From the NCBI GenBank assembly GCA_028534125.1, contig CM052816.1:10914001-10978000 (forward strand): a DNA stretch of 64,000 bases, read 5' to 3'. Each line of letters begins with the position of its first letter. Positions within the stretch are counted from its first letter, which is position 1. The stretch is from Lama glama. Lineage: Eukaryota. The position numbers were made by a program, and so were the translations under genes. Below are positions 49,880-63,530 of this stretch, in pieces. Below the pieces are notes generated by a model, which was not told the origin of the DNA, made no database searches, and was given only the letters and a program-made list of their open reading frames with translations.

Positions 49880-50320
49880 TCCCCACCCATCTCTCCAGCC
49901 TCAGCTCCTCGTAGTCTGGCCAGTGCACTGGCCAGCTTCCTGTGCCTCCAAACACACCCAGCCCTTTCCTGCCCCAGGGCCTTTGCACAGGCTCTTCTCT
50001 GACCTGGAATGCCCCCACATGCCCACACTTGACTGGGCTGTTCTTACGTTTTAGGTCTCTAGGTAAATACCACGTCCTCAAAGAGGACTTCTCTGTTCAC
50101 TCGACCTGTACCCGGTTCCCATTGCATCACCTCATTTTATTTACGTATCTCATTGTGCTCAGCTATCGATGTTGGTTTTTCTTTCTCTGCCTCCCTGACT
50201 AGAATGTAACCTCTGTAAGTCCAGGGACTTCATTTATCTTACCAACCAGTGCATCACCACTACTTAGTGTGGTGCCCAGCCACGAAGAGGGCTTCACTGA
50301 ACAGCTGTGGTAGAAGGGCA
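49880..50320 (+). mobile_element. L2 3' fragment
   Basis: ccccagggcctttgcacagg...gactagaatgtaacctctgtaag. Confidence 0.75.
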
Positions 50321-50354
50321 GGCAGATGAAAAGACAGACTAAAGGAGGTGTTTT

Positions 50355-50770
50355 CTTTGACTAGAGTTACTGTAAAACCACCAGGGACACAGTGACTTCA
50401 AAAAACAAGCTCTAATTGTCTCCCAGTTCTGGAGGCCAAAAGTCCTAGACCAAGGTATCACCAGGGCTGGCTCCATCGGAAGGCCGTGAAGAAGGGATCT
50501 GTTCTAGGCCTCCCTCCTCGGCCTGCGGGGGACCGTCCTCTCCCTGTGTCTTCACGTCATCATCTCTCTGCACGTGTCTATGTCCACAATTCCCCTCTTT
50601 ATAAGGACACTGGTTGTACTGGATTAGGGTCCACCCTCATGACCTCATTTTTAACTTAACTACCTCTTTAAAGACCCGACCTCCACATAAAGTTACATTC
50701 TGAGGTACTGAGGATGAGGACCTCAGTTTCAGAATTTGGGGAGGTGGGGACACAACTCAGCCCATCGCAG
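50355..50770 (-). mobile_element. MLT1B-like MaLR LTR
   Basis: cagttctggaggcc...ttataaggacactgg...ggattagggtccaccctcatgacctcattt...ggggacacaactcagcccatcgca. Confidence 0.85.
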
Positions 50771-51241
50771 AAGACCCGCAGTTCATCCAGAGCAGAGTCC
50801 CTGGAGCTGACGGTTCCAGGGCTGGGTCCCAGGCTCGCTGGCCACAGGCAGTGGCTGCCAGGGCTGACACTGTCCTGCAGTGGGTAAGGGTGCAAGGTGA
50901 TCGTGGACACAGGGCTCTCGGAACAGCCCTGACTATCGTGAGCACATAGTGCACGTGGCCCTTAGTGATGGTGGTGGGAACCGGAGGACGGGGGTGAGTG
51001 ACATCTGTACGTGGAGCCTCTACGCCTCCCCCATGGTGGTCTGTGTGTTTTGTGTGACAGTGTCTGGATACTTTCCTGTTGTGTGGAAGTAAAAATGCTC
51101 TCTAAACAAAGGGGACAGGAATTGATTTTAGAGGCAGTGAGGTGCTAAGAAGCCTGTTTCCTATTCAGAAACCACTCTTAAGGGGAGAGGGTCCTGAATA
51201 AGGAGAGTTGGTTTGAACAGCACAAAAGCAAAGCAGCAGGT

Positions 51242-51490
51242 TGGGAGTCTGGGATTGACAGGTACACACCACTATATATAAAGTAGATGAACAACAAGAA
51301 TTTACTATAGAGCAGAGGGAACTGTATTCAATACCTTGTACTAACCTATCATGGAAAAGAATCTGAAAAAAATACATATCTGAATCACTTCACTGTATAC
51401 CTGAAATTAACACAATTTTGTAAATCAACTATACTTCAGTTTTTTAAAAAATAAAATGTTTCAAAAGGAAAAAAAATTCAAAAAGAAAGA
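51242..51490 (+). mobile_element. Truncated L1 3'UTR with TSD
   Basis: tgaatcacttcactgtatacctgaaattaacacaattttgtaaatcaactatacttca plus A-rich tail. TSD aaagcagcaggt at 51230-51241 and 51491-51502. Confidence 0.88.
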
Positions 51491-51863
51491 AAAGCAGCAG
51501 GTGGAATGCGTGCGTGGAAGTGAGAATTGAGATGGGGGTTCCCGGGAAGGGGCGTAGAGATTTAAGCCTCGGTCGCTACCTGCAGACGCAGTGGAAGTGG
51601 AGCACGTGGGGAAATGCTTATGACAGAGGTTAAAGTGCCCAGGGTTGCACACCCACCTGGAGTTCTACAGAGTGAAGAGGAGTACGTGTGGACAAAGACT
51701 GGGGGTGCTAGTGAAAGCGATGACATCAGGGCAGCAAAATGTGGGCAGCTTTCCAGATTCCCCCCGACGGTGTAGTTTTACTTCTGTAATTGAGAGAAAG
51801 TTGGTGGAGAGCAGGAGAGCCCGCTAGGTGCCTGAGCTCAGGGTAGAAAGCCAGGGCTCCCTG

Positions 51864-51885
51864 CACACACACACACACACACACA
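51864..51885. repeat. (CA)11 microsatellite
   Basis: Read directly. Confidence 0.95.
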
Positions 51886-51951
51886 CCCCTGACAGGACCT
51901 GACCTGGGTACTGGGATGGGCAGGGCAGCGCAGAGCCAGGGCGATGTTTCC

Positions 51952-52306
51952 TGTCTTGGTCCGTTCAGGCTGCTGGAATCCAGTACCACAGACCGGATGG
52001 CGTAAACCACAAACACTTACTTCTCGGTTCTGGAGGCTAAGCCCCCTGTGAGGCACCAGCAGATTCGGTGTGTGGTAAGGACCTGCTTTTTGGTCCACAG
52101 GTGGCCGTCTTCTGGCTGTGTTCTCGCGCGGCACAAGGGTGTGAGGGAGCTCTCTGGAGTCTCTTGTTTATAAGGTCACTGATCACATTATGACAGCTCC
52201 ACCCTCATGACCCAATGCCCTCCCAAACCCCTCACCTCCAAACACCACCACACTGGCCTAGGTTTCAGTGTATGGGTTGAGGGGACACGGTCATCCGTCA
52301 GTAGCA
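51952..52306 (-). mobile_element. MLT1A-like MaLR LTR
   Basis: tgtcttggtccgttcaggctgct...ctccaccctcatgacc...ggggacacggtcatccgtcagtagca. Confidence 0.85.
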
Positions 52307-52959
52307 GTCCCTGGAGGCACAGCCTGGAACATTTATGCTTTGTTTCTTCCCTTCTGTCCAGCTCAGCCGACAGCAGTGAGTGAATTCAGAGACAGGGCCA
52401 AGGTAGGGGAGGAAAAGCAACGTGGTGTCCACTGTCAGTCCCTGTCCTTAGCCTAACCGGGTGATCTTAATCAGGTTACTTAACCTCTCCGTGTCTCAGT
52501 CTGCTCATCACTAGGTATGACTAGTGGCAGCACCTGCCTTACTGGGGGGCTGGTGAGCACTGAATGGCAGGGCCCTGTGGAGCCCCAGCGCAGTGCCTGG
52601 CCTGTGGTGAGTGCTCCGTGGTAGTTATGGTTGGGATGATGATGCCATCTGGCTCCGCTCCCACGTGTCTACTAAGAGCAGGAGCCGGGGAGGAGGAGCG
52701 GTCGTGTTGATGCAGTAATGTCAGTGGCTGTGAGCACAGCTAACTCCGTGACATTCGCTGTGGCCAGAACGTAAGCCAAGTTCATCCCATCCTCCTGACA
52801 ATCCTATGAGGGCCATTCTGTTCTTAGTCACACTTTACAGATGAGGCAACCAGCCGAGCAGAGGAATGATACTCCTATGGCCACCAAAGAACAAGTGACA
52901 ACTGGGCTTTGATCCAGACTCATGCCTCTTAACCAGGACACCAGAAATCCCTACTCAAC

Positions 52960-54300
52960 CAAGATTTACTCAACACCTACTCCTTCCTGCCTTCAGGGAT
53001 CTTACATTCTAGCAGGAAGGGAGGAAAGAAGAGACAGACAAGTGCACAAATGAATGAGATCATTTCTGACAGTGATCAAAGCTGTAAGAAAACGTAAAGG
53101 ACTGAAGAGTAGCCGGGGTGGTGCTATTTCCCTAGGATGTTGAGGGAAAGCCTTTGAATTGGGACCTGAATTGTCAGAAGGAGCCAAACAGAGAAATAAC
53201 ATCCAAGTATGAAGACCCTAACACAGGAACAACCGTGTGAGCTCCAGGAACAGAAGAAAGAGCAGCAGGTGGAGACAGGCGGGCTGGGGAAGAACGTAGA
53301 GGGTGGGGCTGAAAAGGGAGGCTGGGGCCAGGTCATGCAGAGCCTTGCCAACCAGGGCAGCGTGATAGAAGCTAGTAGTGTGATGGAAGCTAGTAGACAG
53401 TTCTAAGCAGGGACACGAATACTCTGTTTATGGTCTTAAACAAATTCTCAAAAAAGAATTGAGATGTATAAATGAATTGCTATGTTGTACACCAGAAACT
53501 AACACAACATTGTAAATTAACTATACTTTTAAAAAGGGGGGGGTGTTGAAAAGCCTGGAAGCACCAAGCCTAGTTCAGAGGCTTTTGCTACAGTTTGGGG
53601 AGAAATGACAGTGGTTCCGATCAGGGTGAGGGTAGTGATGGGGTGGTAAGCGGACAGACACAGAAGGTACTGAGGAGGTAAGGCTCAGAGGACGTAATGA
53701 GAGGCTGAAAGTGGAGAGGGGAGAGACAGGGAGGAATCTGAGAAAACGTAGGTTTTGATCTGGAGCATCTGAGGGTACAGTGGTAGCACATACTGCTGAC
53801 GAGACTGAGGCCGGAACAGGTGTGGTGTGGAAAGACCAAGGGCTCCCTTTGGGATGCATCTGGACTGAGATGCCTATGACACAGCCCATTAGAGAAGTGT
53901 GGTAACAAATGGATACCTGAGCCTGCAAGTCAAGGGAGAGGTCAGGACTGGAGACGTAAATTTAAAAGTCAGGAGTATATTACGGTCTGTAAAGTCATGG
54001 GATGGTGTGAAGTCACTTAGGTGAGGAGGAGAGGAGAGCCCAGCATGGAGGCCAGCATTTACTAGGGGGGTGGGAGGAAGATGGGTAGCCTTTTATAGGA
54101 GAGAGTATGAGCTGCCAAGAAGGGAAGAGGGTGAGTGAGGAGCAGGGCTGTGGGTGGGGGTGGTAGGCATATAAGCCAAGAGAGGAGAGTGATGTAGAAA
54201 GATACTGGGATCAGTTATGTTTACGGGAGGTCAAGAAAGATGAGGGCAGAGAAGTGATCATGAGATTTGGTCTCCTGGACATCTCTGGCTATTAATCAGT
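52960..54300 (-). mobile_element. Long L2 fragment interrupted by a small L1 tail (about 53470-53540, +)
   Basis: ggggccaggtcatgcagagccttg, agggagaggtcaggactggagac and aggtcaagaaagatgagg are L2-like; L1 terminus tgttgtacaccagaaactaacacaacattgtaaatt. Confidence 0.75.
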
Positions 54301-56415
54301 TAATTTAAGTGGAAACAGTTAGCAGAGTGCCTGGCACATAGGAGGTTCCCATTGCACATTTCCTGGATGAAATCAATCACGCATGTGAACACCATGCTGT
54401 GTCATGACACAGGGTAGGTTCCTTAGTTGCATCTTTATTCTGTCATAGTTTGGACAAACCTGCCTCACTCCTCTCCAACCCTGGAGGTCCCATCCTATGG
54501 AGAGGGCGTGGCCCAGGCTGGGGACTTGGGGGAGATGAAGCTGGCCATGGCGGGTCTTGAAGTCCAGGGTAAGGAGCCAGGCTTCCTTTTAGCAGCGGCG
54601 ATGGGCAACTCTGCGGTACCCATCGCCTTGCACTGGCTCCACCAGTGAGTCTCAGACCAGACTCATTGTATTCCAGCAGCAAAGCCCTTCCAAACTGACA
54701 GATCTGCAGCTGGAGACTATGCCACAGGAATTCCCTCCCTCGGGTGAAACCCAGGCAGGCCTGCTGTCTGGGGGATGTTCGGCAACAACCCTGCAGTGCA
54801 CTTGAACCTGCCTGTCATGGACCCGGTGTGAAGACAATCAGACTTTTCCATGCTCTAGAGAAAAGATACAAGCACTTGAAGCCTTAAAGTCTGAGATGTT
54901 TTAGTGAACAGTGTAGTCATGGGAGAAACAGCTTGATTTCCAATGCAAATGGGGCAAAGTTTGATGCCTGATCTAACAATCTAAGTCAGAAATTCCATTT
55001 TCCTCCAAAGGTGTATAGAGTAGAGTGGAGTGGATGTTAGTTTTGAAGCCCTTCTGGATGTCAGTTAAGTCTCACAGCAGCCAAATAACATTGGTTTCAG
55101 TTACTCCAATTTACAGATGAGGCACAGAGAGGTGAAGGAACTTGCCCCAGCTCACAGTGAAGGAGCCAAACTTTGAACCCAAGTCTGTCTGCTTCCAAGA
55201 GAAGAATCCATTCTTCTCATTCTTCTCCTGGGTATTTGGCAGTAGGAGAAAGAGCATGATCTTTTTCTGACATCCAGGAGGATAATTGCATGGGACCCTT
55301 TTATATAATCTCCATGGGCTGGATTCCACGCCCAGCAGTTTCCAATGGCAGAATTGACTCTGCTCTTGCACAGAACAGGAAATTCACTGTCTCATTTGTC
55401 ACCTTCATCTACAAATTTAATTGCTAGGTCCTGGTTCTATAGGCCACTAGATCCCTTACGAAACCTATGGCTCATTCCCCAGACCTCTGATAGAACGTGT
55501 CCAAAGGCATCAGCTGAGGCTGCAGCTGCAATGCATCTTAAAACCTCTGAGGTTTGACACAGTTTCCAAAAGGGGTTCAGTGTTGAGTAGGGGCATAATT
55601 AACAGTGTTTATTTCAGGGAAGCTTGGTTAGGTTAAAAAGACAAGGCCCTTTATTAAACTGCTTTTGCCGGATGACAGGATTACAAACACAACCAGACAC
55701 ACACCCCCTGCTCCTGGAGAAAAGCCAGACACTTGATACAAAGAGCAGAACTCCTGGAAACCTACCTCCCCCCTGCCCATCCAACGTCGACCCCATTCAG
55801 GCTTAGCAGCAGCGAGCAGCAGAGCCGGCGAGGCCCAAACCACAGAGCAAAAATAGAATCCCTTCCCCCTCTGCCTCATTTCCATTTTTGATTAATTCAA
55901 CCAGTTCTGTCAAATTAGTCATCCTGGAGACTCCAGTTGAGTGGATTTTCCTAAGAATGGGAAAGCTGATTAATTTTGGAGGCGAGTGTCATTCATTAGC
56001 AGTTGACACTTTCCCAGGTCCTGCCCTCCCCCGCCAGGGGTCTTGGATAAGAAGGCAACGGAGGCTGAAACTGGCTCAGACCTGGGGCTGCAGCCCCAGA
56101 GGCACACACAAGGGGAAAGGTTGGCCGTGAGGTTGTAGGTGGCTCTGGCTGCTCTGGGCTTGGGACGTCTCAGGGCCACTTGCCTGTCATCGTTGTCCGT
56201 GACAAGCCATCACTGGCAAAGCAGTCACACACACTGGGTAAGCATTCGGAATTTGAGGTTCAAGAGAACCTCGGTCAAGGGAGTAGCTGGGAGGAAGTTT
56301 CCCCAGGGAGGAGCACTGACCTGACAGCCTAGGGAGGGCTCTGGCCAGGGCAAGATGGGTCTCACAGTAGTCTGTCCCTTCCCACCCAAGGGAACGTCGC
56401 AGTTCACCTCTTCTT

Positions 56416-56908
56416 TGTTTTCGTTTCCTGGCTGCTTGAACAAATTACCACAAACTTAGTGATGAAAAACAACATAAATGTATCATCTTACAGTTCAGAA
56501 GTCTGACGTGGGCCTCGGTGGCTAAAATCCAGGTGTTGGCAGAGCTGCGTTCCCTTCTGGAAGCTCCTGGGGAGAATCTGTTTCTTTGCCTTTTCCACCT
56601 TCTTGGGGCTGTCCACATTCCTCGGCTCGTGGTCCCTCTCTCCATCTGAAAGCCAGCAACCATGGGACAGGTCCTTCTCACATCCTACCATCCAGACTCT
56701 CCTCTTCTGCCCCCTTTTTCCCCTTTTAAGGACCATTGTGATTACATTGGGCCCAGACAGGTAATCCAGACTTATCTCCTTAGTTTGAGGTCAGCTGACG
56801 AGCAACTTTAATTCCATCGAATTCTCCTTTGCCAAGAAAGGTAACCTATTTGTGGGTTCTGGAGGTTAGGACGGGGGACATCCTTGAGGAGTCATTATTC
56901 TGCTCACA
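56416..56908 (-). mobile_element. MLT1D-like MaLR LTR
   Basis: acaaattaccacaaacttagtg...ggctaaaatccaggtgttggcagagctgcgttcc...gtgattacattgggccc...cattattctgc. Confidence 0.85.
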
Positions 56909-57274
56909 ATCCTGTTCAAGTTTCACCAAGTAGGACTCAGTGCCCTCCATCAGAGCACCTGATACACTAGGTGGAAGCAATCTGTTTCCATTTCTGTCTG
57001 TCTCACTAAGTGGTTCCACTGTTACGGCTAAAGCTCTTTACTTCTGCCTTCTACACTTAGTATGGTGAAGGTGCTAAATAAATGCTTGCAGAACGGCTCT
57101 AGTTGTGCATTTTGATAACTCTGCACCTGGTACTTCTCTTGACACGAAGAGGCTCTCACTAAAGAGTGGCTGACCCCATCCATATGTACTCAGTCCTAGC
57201 TTTGGGAATGCTTTGGCATTTGTAGGCAAAGCAAAGGGACAAAGAGTCTATGAAATGATGGTAACCAACCTACT

Positions 57275-58100
57275 ATTCATTTATTTCACAAATATTTATT
57301 CTTGCTACTATGAGCCAGGTGCCATTCCAGACACTGGGAAAATGGTACGTCCTGCCTCCAGGTAGATGGAGACAGACAGCAAACACAGAGGTAAATAAGA
57401 GACTGTATGAATTGGTGACAGGTGTTTCTGGAGAAGCAGCGGCAGCCAGTGCAGAGGTTGTGAACCTAGGCCTGTGCTTGGCAGGTCAAGTGGCAGAAGG
57501 AAAACCACTTTGGCTGCCTGTAGGGTCGTGAGAAGGAGCAGCATGAGGGGAAGTGGGAGGAGGAGGCTGGTGGCCCAGATCACTCGACGGCTGTACACTG
57601 AGGGTGGTCACCTCGAACCACCCCGGGGCCTCACGCCTGTTGGACTCTATGCAGAGGACTTGGGAGCTAGGTAACATGGCAGCCCGGTAGGCCAAGGTAA
57701 GGAATTTGGCTCTTACTTAGGAAAGAAAATCTAAAGGGTTTTGTGTAAAGAAGTGGCATGATTATACCTGTAAATACATCACTCGGTGGCTGTGTAAAGA
57801 ATCAAACATCAGGAGGAAGAGGGTGCTGGGAGGAGAGTTAGAAAGCCATCAGAATGGTCCAGGCAAGGGATGGTAGCGGCTTAGACTACAATGGGCCAAT
57901 CTGGGTTACACTTTGTAAAGTTAACAGGACTTTAAAAAAAAAAAAAAACTATAGATGTGGAAGGTGAGGTTAAGGGAGGAATACAGGATGACTCCCAGCT
58001 TTTTGGCCTGAGCACACGCCTCGATGAAGGGCACTGAACAAGCTGGCAAAGAGAAGGGGAGGGACAGTGTGGGGAGGAAGCTCACAGATTCCATGGACTG
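57275..58100 (-). mobile_element. L2 fragment
   Basis: acaaatatttatt...ctactatgagccagg tail; ggatgactcccagctttttggcctgagca. Confidence 0.7.
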
Positions 58101-59659
58101 GAAGATTTATGTTAAAATAGAAAGCATAAAATGATTAAATTGGTACCTTGTGCTGTTTAGCACTTAACCATCTACAGAACCCTTCTCCTCTATTATCTTA
58201 ATTGATCTGTATAAAACCCCTGGAGTTCAGAGTATTCTTTCCTTTTTATAGCTTTTGGAAATCAAGGCCCAGAAATGACAGATCTGATACACTGACAAAG
58301 ATCACAGGTTTCTCATGGTTTTATTTCTTACTTCCTTTCATGAAGTCAGCCACCTTCAGTGCTTGCCCAGCACTGGGGGATGAAGCAGGGAATGGGGACT
58401 CGCTCTTGTGTGTAACTGACACACGCTTAAGTCTATTGGCTTATTCAAGCCCCCTTTGCGGTTCACGTAATTGTATTTTGACAGCTCTGTAGGTGGCATC
58501 GACAACTGAGTTGTGAGATCTGCTGTCCACTCAGGCAGCTTCCAGCGCCATCCGTGTGGGTCTCTTTTTCTGCTGAATTACTCCAAGCACCTGCCGGCGT
58601 CCTGTATCAGCAAGCACAGCCCAGCGGCAGCAGAGGGCAGGGGAATGCCCGCCCCCAAGAGGCTTACAAAGATACTTGCTTTTATCCTCTCTTTTATCTT
58701 TAACCTGAACATAAGATTTTTAAATAGGATTTATCTCATGGATGGTCATCCTTAATCCTGGGGTTCGACTAGTTCATCTTGAAATTCTGGTGTCGTGAGA
58801 AAACCCCTGTAATGTAGTGAAATTGTCATTTGAAGAGTTACATCTGAGAAACATGGGATCATCACACTTTGGAAAAAAGATGGTTAGATAAGACAAAGCA
58901 AGGAAAGGGACCATAAATGTGAGCCCAGTGTTGGGCTGAACATGATGGGACGGACAGACTTATAAAGATGCAGTTACTGCTTCAGTGCAGTTGTCATGGT
59001 GGAACAAGAGGATATGAAATTATGGAAGGTTTCTGATACAAAGTTCATTTTAAATTGAAAGTGAAATTTAGATCCCCAGCATCAGAGAGAAAATGCCAAC
59101 CTCATGGTGTTTACGCTGAATATCGTGTTAGCTGTTAAAATGAACTGTGATGTCAAACGTTGTCAGTGTATCCTAGGTGTTCCCCAAAGTTTTGACACAT
59201 AGCATTTTTCAGTCCCTGTTTACTGAGAATCTTCTGTATTCATGTCATTGTCAGGGCAGAAAAGTACAAATATGTATTACTACAACACATGGTTGCCTGC
59301 CCCTAGGAAGGTTGTTAGGTAGCAGAAGCATTCCTGGGAGTGCACCTGAGGTATAATGGAGGCTACTAAATCATACTGAATGAAGGAACAAACGAACGAA
59401 TGAATGGGACATATTTATAAAAGATCCAAGATCAGATCAGATGTGATATGTGTCTCACAGTACACTAGTGCTATGATTCTTAAACCAGGTGTGTAAATGA
59501 AGGCATCGGTGTTAGCTTTTTTCATAAAAGTGAAAATCCTCTTTGGATTTCTTTTAGTTAGGTTAGCAGAAACAGGGACTAGTGTAGGTCTCAGGTAAAA
59601 GCGGAATGGCACAAAGCGAATATTCAAAAAGCAACGGATGCCCTGCACATTGTAGTGGC

Positions 59660-59950
59660 CTACTGTGTTGGTTCTAAGGTCAGACACACCCAGTGTGGGT
59701 AACTTGAACTGAGCCTCTGGCACTTGCACTTAACCTCTCTAAGTCTCAGTGTCTCACTCTATAAAATGGGAACAAGAACAGAGCGTGCCTAATTGGATTG
59801 TTGTAAGGATTCAACAGTAGTGTTTTATTCTTATCACAGCAATGCATGAGTGCAGAGTTACAGATGTGGAAATGGAGACTCAGAAAAGCAAGTAATTTAC
59901 AGGAAGTCAAGGACGGAATCATGGGGAGAGCCTAGACTGAAACCCAGATA
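59660..59950. mobile_element. Two MIRs tail-to-tail
   Basis: Sense cacttaacctctctaagtctcagt...taaaatggga, then antisense ttacagatgtggaaatggagactcaga. Confidence 0.65.
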
Positions 59951-62269
59951 GAAAGCCCATGGTTGAAGCTGTTGATGGATAATTAGATAATGCCAAGAAA
60001 GGCTTTCCGTCTCCACCACGCTGGGCCCGATGGGGGAGGCAGCTGGTAGACCAGGTGCTAGGCGAGCAGAGAACAGCACCGGCATCTCTCTGGTGGAGTC
60101 TTGCTTTCAGGAAATCAACATGCGGTGGTCCCCTGGTTTCCTGAGCACCTCCTGGGGGTGACCCAAAGCGCGTGGCATGAGCACTGGTGGAGATGGAGGG
60201 ATCACAAGGAGACCAGGGTACAGACAGTCCCTCCTTCCCCATGACCAAGCCATTAAGCAGAAGTGCTTGCTGAGGGATCAAGCCTGTATTTTCTCCAGTG
60301 ATTACGACGTGTGTCCCCTCTCTGCATCCGAACACGGAGGCTTCAAGGTCCCAGAGGCCTGGAGCCGGGGGGAGGGCTTAGCAGGAAATAAGGCGCTCAG
60401 TGAATTTGATGACTGTTCTCCACGTTGCCCCTAGTGCGTTGTGCTGGATCCATAAAGAGACATCTCCGCCCTGGTTAATTCTCTGTGACTGGGGAGAGCA
60501 TACAGCTAATGAAGTCCAAATCAGAGGTTTAATCCTTAGACCCAGTTCAATTCATTTCACTGGGACCATGCCCTCAGAGGTAGGGGCTCTGTCTGTCAGC
60601 ACCAGGTTGAATGGGGAGGGGGGCGCAGAAGTGGGCTGCAGAACCAGAGCTGGATGTACATCCTGGCTCTGTCTCTCCCTGGCCCGTGACAAAGACCGAT
60701 GACTCTCTGAGCCTCCTTTCTGCATCTGCAATGCAGGCATGTTGCGAGAGTGAAATGGAGTATCACATCCATGGTGTCAGTGGATGGGAGGCTATTACTC
60801 CATCTCCCACAACATGGTAGCTACTACCAGTCCACGTAGGCAAGTTCTAGGAGAATTCAGACACAGCGCTGACTATCAGTGAGTTAGAAGCAATGTTTCC
60901 CTGTAGAAGGCTGGCACTGAGGACACAGAGGCACAGCACCGGAGGCATGAAAGGACAATGAAGCAGTGACCAGCCTGCACCAGCATCCCTCTGTGTGATG
61001 CTGGGCCCGTGCTAAGGTGGACCCTCCTCGCCCTGCTCTGCCAGGAGATTACTATCAGCAGGGAGCTGCTCCCCTCTCGCTTGCCATGTTTATGCCTCTG
61101 ACTGTGGTGATTATATAGACAGCCTAGAAAATGGACAGCCTGCATCTTGGGAGTGCAGCCCTGGCCTCGCGGTGCCATGACAACCAGCTTCCCAGCAATC
61201 ACCCCTAATAACGGCCCCACACTCACAGTCTCCTCCACCTGGGCAGAGGCTCCCCAGGGGGTTTGAGCTTCTCCTGGAGCAGCTGCACACAGCTTCCTAT
61301 TGGAAACACATTATGAGAGAGAGCGAGCGAGCAAGCAGGAAGATGAGCAGTCTACCCTATGATGTACAGAGTGGTCCCAGGGACCTGGGGACACTGCCAT
61401 CCTGTTCCTGGAGCTCACTGCTGTAGGAACATATAACCCCACAGCAGGAGTCACACAGCCCCGTGGACATCTTTACCGCTCACCTGCCCCACAGAGAGAG
61501 GGACATCACAGAGTGAAAGAGCACATACGAGGGCCAGTTCATGAAGCTAGGCTTCGCTGCTACCAGATTTCTTCATTAGGCTCCTGGCGAGACACTCACA
61601 GCCACTCATCTTGTCTGGACTGGAGCCGCCCTTTCTGGCTGCCTGCTGGGAGCAGGGTGCTCAGAGCCCTCGTGTATCTTTCCAGCATGACAGTTCTCAA
61701 GAAGACACCTGCCCTACTGGTCTAATGAATGATTAATTCTCACATAGGAAGAACAGTCCGGTCCCCAGTGAGTAAACTTACCTGTGGCTATTAGCCCCAA
61801 TTCAGCCTTTAGATTGACAGGTAAGCCCTCAGCCAAACAGGTTCCAGCCTCTTCGCTCTTAAGATCACAGGTTCTAGCTGAAGGTCCTTCATGAGAAAGG
61901 TCTAAACCCCAGAGCTACTGAGCCCTTAGGATGCTGACCTCACCCTGGGAGCACATGGTCCTTGGGGTCCCAGTCTCTCCACGCCTCCCTTACGTCACCA
62001 GTGAGATGGCACTCATTCTCACCCTGGCAGGGCTCTTGTTCTCACTGGTGCCGCCTTCCTGTGGATCCCATTCCCTGAACTAGAATTGCTTGTAAATTCT
62101 AAACAAATATATATATTTTAATAATATGGAAGATGGCCAAATTGATCGGTAAGAGGAAGGAAAGGATATCGTGGGCTGAGGTGATCCAGGAAGGCTTCCT
62201 GGAAGAGGCAATGAACCCTGATAGGTAGATAGGAGTCAGAGAAACGAGAGCAAAGATAGATGGTATTCT

Positions 62270-62550
62270 GGATTGATTGTTGGTAGTCACCAAAGTATAT
62301 GTTGATATCCTAACCTATGTGATGGTATTAGGAGGTAGGGGCCTTTAGCAAGTGATTAGGTCACGAGGGTAGAGCTGTCATGAATGCAACATGTGTGTCC
62401 ACGGGGACACAAGACCCAGCACAGGATCCTCACCAGAAGGGTCTATGACCATGCTGGCACCCTGCTCTCAGACTTCCAGCCTCTGGAACTCTGAGCACTC
62501 TCTGTTGTTTAGAAGCTGCCTGGTCTGTGGTGTTCTGTGATAGCAACTCG
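62270..62550 (+). mobile_element. MLT1A-like LTR (internally deleted)
   Basis: gtgatggtattaggaggt...gtgattaggtcacgagggt...ccatgctggcaccctgctctcagacttccagcctc. Confidence 0.75.
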
Positions 62551-63530
62551 ATAGAGGGGAGGGAGCAGGGATCAGGCCCCAGCACATGCGAAGTGCTCCA
62601 GAAACATCTGCCACCATTCATACAGCATGTAAACCAGAGGTCACATACTACAGTCTGTGTGGCTCACAGGTGACTTATGTTTGACCACATACTAAAATTC
62701 TATACTTGGTTGCTAACAGTGAAACATCAGTGCTCCTCAGAAAAAAATTTAGACTTTGAGACGCTCTGGCTGTGCTGGACCCACATTCCTGGTGCTGAGC
62801 GGAAATGGGGTGTGGACACTCTAGTTTGCCACACTCGCTACCCCTCCCTGTTGTGTACCCATGTGTGCTATGTTTGTTTCACTACCTGACTGGCCCCTGG
62901 AGGCAGGAATTCTCAGACCCTGGTGCGAACGATAAGTGGGCCAGTCAGGTTGCAGTGAAGAATCTGAGAAGGAGAGAAGTGGGGAGTGACATCGGAGTGC
63001 TGATCTAAGGCTGGATGTGAAGGGCCTTGAATGCCGGGCTCAGTGGGTGGGATGGGTGGCTATTGGCAGTTGGGAGTCACCACGGGTGTCTGAGCAGGGA
63101 AGTGGCGTTGCTTTGGGGAGAGTTATCCGGCACACAGTAGGACCACATGCAGTCTCCTGTTCTCTTGCTAAATCTTGATGGTCTGTGAGCTGCCGGCTTG
63201 CTCTGTCTCTGCATTTGCTGTGTTACAGTGTTCCTGGACCGTGTCAGCCCATGGGTGCAGCAGCAGCAGTGGGATGCCAGGAGGAGAGGGCGGCCGAGCT
63301 GCGTTGGGTCACCAGCTCCCTGGGAAGGGGCAAACCTGTCCCAGCCTGCTCGGGCCAGCCTCCCGGGCCAGCTGGAGAGGAGCAGCTGCTGAGGGGAGCA
63401 GGCTTTTCAGGGACCTCCAGGGAGAGCGAGCTACCGCCAGCACCGGAGACATAAGAGCAGCTTCCCTGCGGCCCGAGGGAGAGCTCCTTAGCCCTGTCCG
63501 CTCCTCTGTGGACAGTACGGGGAGGGAGGA

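Noticed and set aside
53362..53397. 18-bp tandem duplication gtgat(a/g)gaagctagtag
   Set aside because: A two-copy slippage duplication inside an L2 relic; not an array.
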